Positions 51,461-60,731 of a DNA stretch of 60,731 nucleotides are shown here, one piece after another. Source of the DNA: Chiloscyllium plagiosum (lineage: Eukaryota); the NCBI RefSeq assembly GCF_004010195.1, contig NC_057751.1:13337659-13398389 (forward strand), read 5' to 3'. The number at the start of each line of letters is the position of its first letter. The stretch's first letter is position 1. Under the pieces are notes generated by a model, which saw only the letters and a program-made list of their open reading frames with translations, made no database searches and was not told the origin of the DNA. The position numbers and the translations under genes were made by a program.

Positions 51461-51662
51461 TGGGATTAGCTCAGTTGGCTGGATCGTTGGACGTCAGAGC
51501 AGCATGGGTTCAATTTCCAGCACTGATCTGAGATTATCATGAAGGGTTCTCCTTCCCAACCTGTTCCCTCGCCTGAGGTTTGGCGGCCCTCAGGTTAAAT
51601 CATCACCAGTCGCTTCTCTCTCTAACGAAAGAGAAGCCCCTATGGTCTGATACTACGGCAAC
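51461..51662 (+). mobile_element. tRNA-derived SINE (family not assigned)
   Basis: A-box tagctcagttgg, B-box gggttcaatttcc, internal hairpin cctgagg..cctcagg. Confidence 0.6.
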
Positions 51663-52480
51663 AAAGTGTTAATGCTAAATATGTAATGGAGTCATCCGAC
51701 CTGATATTAAGGATGGTTAGACTGCAGCATGAAACTTGGCTTGGTCATTCCTGACTTTGTTTTTTCAAAAACAAGGTATCAATTACTGAACACATTTCAC
51801 CAAAGTCCGCCAATGTACTTGTACCACAAAGAATAAAACGTAAATTAAAAGTGAAAAAAAGCACTATATATGCGAAAAAAAAGGTTGGAAATACTTAATT
51901 GCAAACATCAGAGAAAGATTTAACATTTCACTATTCACTTTATTACAGCAATATGTTTCCAAACACCAAAACACTAATGGCAAGTTCATGTTTTCACACC
52001 CAGGTGTCTTGCTCAAGCTTGCACAGGACATTCAATACCTTTACAGCAAATCTCTGCACATTCATGACATGCTTTTTCCTTTATTGGCATCTCTCCCTGA
52101 GACACAATAAACAAACTGCAAACTAAACTTCACTACTAGTTAAATATCAAAACAAACACAAGTTCCCTAAACTCAGGTTGCAACAGTTTTTCCTCTGGCA
52201 CACATCCACTCCACCTGACTGACTGTCCAAGATTTGCGTATGTCTCTCTGTGTTCCTAAATCCTTAATCAGGAGGCAACAACACGTTTTTTTTAAAATGT
52301 TGTGAACTACTACTCCCCATAAACTCATCCCATCAGTTGCAAACATCAAGCCTCCTGTCTCTCCAGCATGAAGCTCCCACAAATTTGAAAGCTCCAATTC
52401 TTCAGTGAAGCTCCAATGAACAGTAATACTAGGAAATTAATCTGGTCTTCTTGGAGCTCCATTTTGAAACAAACAAAATG

Positions 52481-52822
52481 GAGCGGCATGGTGGCTCAGT
52501 GATTAGCATCACTGCCTCACAGCACCAGGGACCCAGGTTTGATTCCACCCTCGGGTGAATGTCTGTGTGGAGTTGGCACATTCTCCCCATGTCTGCCAGG
52601 TTTCCTCCAGGTGCTCCGGTTTCCTCCCACAATCCAAAGATGTGCAGGTTAGGTGAATTGGCCATACTAAATCGTCTAAAGTATTCAAGGATATGTAGGT
52701 TGACTGTATTAATCAGGGGTTAAATGTCAGGGAATGGGTTTGGGTGGGTTACACTTTGAAGGGTCAGTGTGGACATGTTGGGCAGAAGGACCTGTTCCCA
52801 CACTTTAGGGATTCTAATTCAA
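52481..52822 (+). mobile_element. HE1-type SINE
   Basis: gcggcatggtggctcagtgattagc head, V-type core, tail ..gaaggacctgttcccacactttagggattctaatt. Confidence 0.9.
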
Positions 52823-55800
52823 ATTCCAAAATCATCTAAGATGAATTCAACCAATATGTCTCATTCAACAGGTTTACTGTTTTGCATTCTGGGTTTTTAA
52901 ACACACACTAAACAAAATGTACATTAAACTTAAAGTTATACTTTGTTCCAAGTAGAAAGTAGTCAATCTATATCATCACTGATGTAAGTGATCATATGTC
53001 AACGGACTCTGTAGAGGCATAGTCTGTGTCAAGCCAAGTGATAAGTTTTATCCTATGAGTTATTCAAAAGTTGTTTCATGAAAGCTAAAGTTATCAATTG
53101 TCAAGCTTCTAGCAATCTCCACTAACACAATCCATGAAGACAAATCTACCCTAAGTCTCACTATGCTGTTAAGAGAGGCAATATCATCAGTCTCATCAGT
53201 ACTTTAATCAGGTTCATTGACACTTCACAAAATTGATTGACAGTCTGTTGATTCCAGTATAAATCTACCAGCTTGAACAAGACTTTATCAATTCCAGGCT
53301 GTTAATTTCAGCATATCGAAGGTATCTAATTTGAATAATGACAATAACGTGTATGTGTTGGCCAAAACACATACATATTCTGAAAGCAGTGTTGCTCAGC
53401 AACAAGTTTCAAACCAAGTACACAAAACATAAATAGCAATTGCATAGTTAGCTGTATAGCTCATTTTCATATATACAAAGAACAGATGCATAATAACACT
53501 GGAGAGGGGATTTCAGAAACAAAACAAAACGTTGAGTACCTCTGATATGGACAAGCTTTCACTTGGGAGTTCAATTACATTAATATCAAGCTTGTAAAAT
53601 ATTAAACCATTCCAACTAAGAGCAAAAGGCCTTTCCATGAGCAGTTAATTCATCAACAAAACAATTAGTTCCACAATAAATATGGAATAAATAAATAATG
53701 GTGAATCTTTATGGGAAACGTACTTTCCATTCATATCAACAGACAACAGAACTTGGTCTTAATCAGCATCTCCCTTCATATTTGACCTTTGCATAATTGT
53801 TAAAATCATTCTGAGACAATCACAATAGTGGTTGTGAATCCTGTTCCAAAAGCAGGTTACAGGAGACACTGAGATCAAATGCAAAGCTGCAAAACAACCC
53901 ATAGTCAATAGTTTTCTGATCTGACAATTGGCTGTATATTTCCTCACCACTAAATTCCATGTTGATAATCTGATGCTGCAAAGCATTTCCTGTGCTGGGT
54001 GCAGTTCCAACAACTGAAGCAGTTCCAGACTATCCAGGATGACGCAATTCACAGTTGGCATTCCATCTGTAACCTTAAACACTCACTCACTCTGTCACGA
54101 ACACAACATAGCTTTACTGTGTACAATTGACAACATGCACTGCGGAAACTTAGCAAAATCTCCATGTCAGCATTTTTCAAATCAGTGTATATTTCTTTCA
54201 GCATTCTTTCAAGGAATTCCTACGTAATCACACTGCAGGAGAGCCTTCGTTACACTGGATACACTATTTCAACAAGTCAGCACACCACCACCCTTCCACA
54301 TGCAAATAGGAATTGGGAATAAATGTTGGGTTTGCTCGTAATGCCCACATCCCATGAAAGAATATGTAAAATAAACTCATTAAGCTTTTGACCAGTTTTC
54401 ATAACTATTTTACGAAATGACAAAGTGAGAAAGCTTGTAGCCTTACGTGTGACACATCTGTTACAGGAGATGTGGTAAAATGCTTGACCACAGCAGGGAG
54501 GGGCCCAATTGTTCAGAAGAATTGGGGCCATCCATTCTTAGTGTCAATGGATCGGTGTAAAGCTGATAACATTTGTTCACTTGTGGAATGTGTGGCAGTA
54601 CTTCCTTCTCATGCAGGGGGCTGGAAGATTGCACATATTTCACAGTTGGATGTCGGACAACTAAAATTCTGGTTATATCGAAGACTCTTAACAAGACTCA
54701 ATGAATAGGATAAAAACTTGTAATTTAATAAGCGGAGTGGAATATGCATGTCATAGAACAATCCTGATACATTTTCATGGATACCACACGGAGCAAATTT
54801 GAATTTATGAAGCACAGCTCCCTCATCTTGAGTGTTCTGGAATGTGAATGCCTCATTACCCTACAGGCTAGGAAACACAAAGGCTGAAAATTTACATAGT
54901 AAGGAAGTTGGAAGATGTTCATTTGTGAATGAAAGAGTAAACATTCTTCTATTAATTACATTCACTGACCAAAGTGTTCAAGGGCCAGAGAGAGAGAGCG
55001 CGAGAGAGCGAGGATGGAAGCTAGTGGAAAGATTAACCCTTTGTGGTATGATTTGAGTGAACACTGGCTTGTCATGGATTGATGTTTTTAATGTTGTTCC
55101 CTGGAGCTCGAGATCCAGGAAGGTTAAGAATTTAATCTGCATTCTGGGAATCGAAGATGATTTTAAAAGAAACAGCCATTTGATAGGACAATGATACTGG
55201 ACATGTTAGCTGAGCAAGGTTACCTCATGACCTTTCCACATAGTTTAGACTAGTCCCTCGTTATGATGTACTGTTAAAAAGGAAGGTTATCTAGCCAAAG
55301 GGGCCTGGCTTGATCCACCTATTTGCTTAGTCCTTCCCTCCCTTACCCCGAAGCCCATCTTCAATATACATACACCTTTTCCTAGCGACTAATATTTCTG
55401 AATACAGATCACTGGACACTGTTTTCTCTTATCAGATGTTTCCAGACCTACTGAGTTCCTCCAGCAATTTGTCTTTTCTTCCCACACCAGAATCGTGCTA
55501 AACATGGAAGTTAAAATTTTGAAAAAAGGCTGCATAAATCTGTCTTCCATACCCTCGATGGATATAGAAAGTTAAGGAGTGATCTGGTTAAAGTGTTTTA
55601 AATATTTGAAGGATTTCAAAAAGAGTTAATAAAGAGCAATCAAGATAAAGGGGGAATTATCTGAAAAGTCAAGTTTTAGGAGCAAATGGGAGAACTCAAA
55701 GCTACCAGAAGTCTGGAACTATCTTGCTCCAAAAGACTGCTCAGCAAAACAGTGGTAATGGATGAGAGATCAAAAAAAAAACTCAAATGAGGTTCAGTCA

Positions 55801-56796
55801 GACATGATCAAAACTAACAATGAAACAGATTGAAGCAGCTGGCGAAATGATCATCATTGGTAATTTTCTCAAGTAATTATTTATTAAATGCTTTGCAACT
55901 GGTTTCAGTTGACCACACTGTTTTACTTCAAGCCCAAGGGGCTCATGACACAATTATGGCATCCTTACCTCTGGACCAGGAGGCTTGGGTTCAAGTCCCA
56001 CCTGTTTCCATGGTGCGTAATAACATCTCTGAATACCTTGATTAGAAAATATACTTTAAGACCTTAAAGGGCTCTTATGGCATTGTATGTTCCTATTCAT
56101 ATTCACATCCAGATGCTTTTAAAATGTTCCAATTGTACCAGCCTCCACCACTTCCTTTGATAGTCCATTCCATACAGGCACCACCCCCTGCGTGAAAACG
56201 TTGCCCCTTAGGCCTCGTATCTTTCCCCTCTCAGCCTAATCCTATGCCTCACGAGTTTTGGACACCCCCAATCCAGGGAAAAGACCTTGTCAATTTACCC
56301 TATCCATGCCCCGCATGATTTTATGAACCTCGATAAATTCACCCCTCAGTTTCTGACGCTCCAGGGAAAACAGCCCCAGCTATTCAACTTTTCTTTAAGC
56401 TCAAATCCTCCAACCCTGGCAACATCCTTGTCAATCTCGTCTGAACCCTTTCAAGCTTCACGACATCTTTCCGATAGGAAGGAGACCAGAATTGCACGCA
56501 ACATTCCAACAGTGCCCTAACCAATGTCCTGTACAACCGCAATACTCTGACCAATAAAGGAAAGCATACCAAACACCTTTTCACTATCCGACCTACCTGC
56601 GACTCCACTTTCAAGGAGCTATGAACCTGCACTCTAAGGTCTCTTTCTCCAGCAACACTCCACAGGGCTTTACCATGAAGTGCATAAATTCTGCTAAGAT
56701 TTGCTTTCCAAAAATGCAGCACATCGCATTTATCTAAATTAAACTCCATCTAGCACACCTCAGCCCAGTGGCCCATCTGATCAAGATCCCATTGTA

Positions 56797-57115
56797 TTTT
56801 TTTTCTTTTTTTTTTATTTCTTTTTTTTTCCCCCTTTCTTTTTTAACCCCTACACTACCACCTAAGTGCGGTAGTGCTTATTTTATCCCCAGCACCCATG
56901 GTGTGTGTGTGCAGGTGTGAGACACAGTGGAAGACACAAAGTGCACCAATCTTTATTCAAATTCCACCACCAGGAAGATAGGAAAACACCCGGGTGCCCA
57001 GTGACAAACACTGCCCTTCACATCAAAGGGCAGTGCTGTGTGATCAAAACAGTGAAGGGGAGGGTAGGGACTAAATCAAAATAGAATTGGAGGGAGAAAT
57101 GATGCACTCCACTCC
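56797..57115 (-). mobile_element. Poly(A)-tailed retroposed fragment (probable L1/Tx1-type 3' UTR or short element) with 15-bp TSD
   Basis: T-rich tract 56797-56844 on plus (poly-A on minus). AATAAA on minus near 56952-56957. TSD caagatcccattgta (56782-56796) and caaggtcccattgta (57116-57130). Confidence 0.75.
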
Positions 57116-58710
57116 CAAGGTCCCATTGTAATCAGAGGTAACCTTCTTTGCTGTCCACTTTAACTCCAATTTTGGTATCAGCTGCAAACTTACTAGCTAT
57201 ATCTCTTATACTCACATCCAAATCATTTATGTAAATGACGAAACGTCGTGGACCCAGCACTGATCCTTATAGCATTCCACAGGTCACAGGCCTCCAGTCT
57301 GAAAAACAACCCTCCACGACCACCCCCTGTTTTCTACTTTCAAGCCAATTCTGCATCCAAAAGGCTAGTTCTCCCTGTATTCCACGAGTTCTAACCATGC
57401 AAACCAGTCTCCCATTGGGAACCTTTTTCAAACGCCTTACTGAAGTCCATACATATCATATCTACCGCTCCGCGCTCATCAATCTTCTTTGTTACTTCTT
57501 CAAAAAACTCAATCAAGTTTGTGATACATGATTTCCCATGCACAAAACCATGTTGACTATCCCTAATCAATCCTTGCCTTTCCAAATAGGTGTAAATCTT
57601 GTCCCTTAGGATTCCCTCCAACAACTTGCCCACCACTGACGTCAGGCTCACTGGTCTGTAGTTCTCTGCATTGTCCTTCCCACCTTTTTTTTAAGTAGTG
57701 TCACTACGTTAGCCAACCTCCAGTCTTCCACCACCTCACCTGCGACTATCGATGATACAAATATGTCAGTAAGGGGCCCAGCAATCACTTCCCAACTTTC
57801 CACAGAGGTCTAGGGTACACCTGATCAGGTCCTGGGAATTTATCCACTTTTATGCATTTCAAGACATCCAGCACTTCCTTCTCTGTAGTATGGACATTTT
57901 TCAAGATGTCACCATGTATTTTCCTACATTCTACATCTACCAAGTCTTGTTCCACAGTAAATACTGATGCAAAATACTCATTTAGTATCTCCCCCATTTC
58001 CTGCGGATCCACACAAAGGCCATCTTGCTGATCTTTGAAGGACCTTGTTCTCTCCCTAGTTACCCTTTTGTCTTTAATGTATTTGTAAAAACCCTTTGGA
58101 TTCTCCTTAACCCTATGTGCCAAAGCTATCTCATATCCCCTTTTTGTCCTCCTGATTTCCTTCTTAAGTATACTCATACTGCCTTTATACCCTTCTAAGG
58201 ATTCACTCGATCTATCCTGTCCATACCTGACATATGCTTCCTTCTTCTCTTGAACCAAGCCCTCAATTTCTTTTAGACGTCCAGTATTCTCTATGCTTAC
58301 CAACCTTTCTTTTCACCCTAACAGAAATATACTGTCTCTGGACTCTCATCATCTCATTTCTGAAAGCTTCCCATCTTCCAGTCCCTTTACTGCAAACATC
58401 TGCCCCCAAACAGCTTTTCAAAGTTCTTGCCTAATACCATCAAAATTGTCCTTCCTCCAATTTAGAACTTCAACTTTTAGATGTGATCTTTTTCCATCCC
58501 TATTTTAAAACTAATAGAATTATGGTCGCTGGCCCCAAAGTGCTCCCCCACTGACACCTCAGTCACCTGTCCTGCCTTATTTCCCAACAGTAGGTCAAGT
58601 TTTGCACCTTCTCTAGTCGGTACATCCAAATAAAGAATCAGAAAGTTTTCTTGAACACACTTAACAAATTCCTCTCCATCTAAACCCTTCACACTATGGC
58701 AGTCCCAGTC

Positions 58711-58840
58711 TTCCTGAAGAAGGGCTCATGCCTGAAACATCGATTCTCCTGCTCCTTGGATGCTGCCTGACCTGCTGTGCTTTTCCAGCAACACATTTTT
58801 CAGCTCTGATCTCCAGCACTTGCAGTCCTCACTTTCTCCC
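58711..58840 (+). mobile_element. Penelope-derived terminal fragment with degenerate hammerhead motif
   Basis: cctgaagaagggctcatgcctgaaacatcgattctcctg..., same family as the 20533 and 11536 copies; tcccagt flanks both ends. Confidence 0.78.
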
Positions 58841-58880
58841 AGTTGACATGTGGCAAGTTAAAATCCCCTACCATAACCAC

Positions 58881-59842
58881 CTGCTTTTCATCACTTATAT
58901 AGATGATTTGGAGTTGAACATAGGAGATACTGTTAGCAAGTTTGCAGATAACACCAATTCTGGAGGTGTAGTGGACAGCGGAGAAGGTCATCTCAGAGTA
59001 CCTTTTTCAGGTGGGCCAATGGGCTGAGGAGTGGCAGATGGAGTTTAATTTCAATAAATGTGAGATGCTGCATTTTGGAAAAGCACATCAGAGTAGGACT
59101 TACACACATAATGGTAAGTTCCTGGGGTGTGCTGCTGAACAAAGAGACCTTGGAGTGCAGGTTCATAGGTCCTCGAAAGTGGAGTCGCAGGTAGATAGGA
59201 TAGTGAAGGCGGCATTTGGTATGCTTTCCTTTATTGGTCAAAGTATTGAGTACAGGAGTTGGGAGGTCATGTTGCGGCCTTACAGGACATGGGTGACACC
59301 ACTTGGGAATATTGTGTGCAATTCTGGTTTCCCTCCTATTAGAAGGATTTTGGGAAACTTAAAAGGGTTCAGAAAAGATTTACAATGATGGAGGGTTGGA
59401 AGATTTGAGCTTTAGGGAGAGGCTGAACAGGCTGGGGCTGTTTCCCTGGAGTGTCAGAGGCTGAGGGGTGACCTTATAGAAGTATATAAAATCAGAAGGG
59501 GCCTGGACAGGGCAAATAGACAAGGTCTTTTTCTTGGAGTCCAGAACTAGAGGGCATAGGTTTAGGGTGAGAGGGGAAAGATATGAGAGATACCTAAGGG
59601 GCAACTTTTTCATGCAGAGGGTGGTGCATGAATGGAAGGAGCTGTCAGAGGAAGTGGTGGAGGCTGGTACAATTACATTTAAAAGGCATCTGGATGGGTA
59701 TATGAATAGGAAGGATTGAGAGGGATATGGGCCAAGTGCTGGCAAATGAGACCAGGTTAGGTTAGGATATCTGGTTGGCATCAACGAGTTAGACCAAAGA
59801 GTCTTTTTCCGTGCTGTACATCTCTATGATGCTATGACTCTA
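58881..59842 (+). mobile_element. CR1 LINE 3' part (RT to tail)
   Basis: LLFITYIDDLE..SKFADNT, WAEEWQMEFN..KC, FFMQRVV; tail ctgtacatctctatgatgctatgactct. Confidence 0.9.
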
Positions 59843-60549
59843 ATTGGACAACATTTGCTGTGCAAAATTTGGAATGTAGCACAAAGCCATGCTCAATTCA
59901 ATCCTCACTACACAATTGAAAGAGTAGTTATTTGGTGGACCAATGTATTCCATTGGGCTGGAAAACAATAAAAATAATGCTTTATAATTTTTAACTGTCT
60001 CCAGCTCTCTTCCTGAAACTTGAGCAAAATGTTAATGGAAAGATTAGCGTAATATCAATTAGTTTAACAGCATTTGTCTTGACATCAGTTGATCCTCTTA
60101 TAAAGTTAAGCAGAGGATTGGTAGAACACCTGAAAATTCTTCTCAACTGATTCTACGCTTTGTAAAATACACTCCACTTTTTAAAAATATTATTAGACTA
60201 CATCTTTACATCTCATTACTGAGCATTTACGTTTACTTGAAGTGAAAAATACCAGGACTATTGGTTCATGTGTCAATTGTGGGACAAATCTTCATTAGTT
60301 TAAAGCTGAATGGTGATTTTGAAGGAAAAAATATTCCCTTCTGTGTTAACCTTTTGCTTGCATTTAACTGACTGTTCCTTCAAAGATATATCTTTACAAG
60401 TAATGTGTTTTAAGAGTCTAAGTGAGAGTTAATAGTTGCATATTAAGTTATAAAAGTAACAATGACAGTAAATTTTGTGCCCATATCAATAATCACAATG
60501 TTAAAGCAGGTTTACACCTCCTTCATTAACAAGCGAATCCTCTGCGACT

Positions 60550-60731
60550 GGGCGAGAGAGAGAGGGGGCGGGCGAGAGAGGGGGCGAGCGAGCGAGAGAG
60601 AGAGAGGGGGCGAGCGAGCGAGGGGGCGAGAGAGAGAGAGAGAGAGCGAGCGGGCGAGAGAGAGAGAGAGAGCGCGCGAGAGAGAGAGAGCGAGCGCGCG
60701 AGAGAGAGAGAGAGCGAGCGCGCGAGAGAGA
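60550..60731 (+). repeat. (GA)n / (GAGC)n / (GC)n compound microsatellite, CpG-rich
   Basis: Direct inspection; runs off the window end. Confidence 0.92.

Larger units (their letters stand above)
56090..58880 (-). mobile_element. CR1 LINE ORF2 (EN to C-terminus), disrupted, with two nested insertions
   Basis: [47 protein letters not shown] and CVQFWSP motifs. Confidence 0.9.

Noticed and set aside
53759..54082. Cys-containing ORF (NCQIRKL) as the TET3 CXXC exon
   Set aside because: Lacks the CxxCxxC..CxxCxxC pattern, and part of it overlaps a decayed CR1-like 3' region.
56090..59842. Divergent CR1 halves as a single twin-primed insertion
   Set aside because: Both halves contain their own RT C-terminus and 3' region, so they are two separate copies.

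Overview
Vertebrate, almost certainly elasmobranch (shark/ray), genomic DNA, judged from HE1-type and Deu-domain SINEs and HER1/CR1 LINE tails. The window lies inside the TET3 gene on the minus strand. Two coding exons are supported. One is the 2776-bp large N-terminal exon (27940-25165). The other is the following 91-bp exon that begins the Cys-rich region (6428-6338). No upstream CXXC exon or downstream catalytic exons were found. The rest is intron packed with decayed, often nested retroelements: CR1, RTE, L2-like, Penelope-like, a Gypsy 5' end with SCAN-like gag, solo LTRs, SINEs and a possible MITE. I cannot support a wholly new biological system. The most interesting signals are five. 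(1) Penelope-derived fold-back mini-elements carry minimal hammerhead ribozyme motifs, including a near-perfect 125-bp-arm palindrome with a motif on each strand. (2) A CR1 copy has a 147-bp snap-back inversion centred on a micro-palindrome intrinsic to its RT sequence. (3) A ~260-bp locally templated insertion sits in an old RTE. (4) Inverted repeat pairs bracket the large TET3 exon, which suggests circRNA potential. (5) The TET3 disordered region is Gln/His-rich. Repeat family names come from motif recognition, not a database search, and boundaries of old repeats are approximate.
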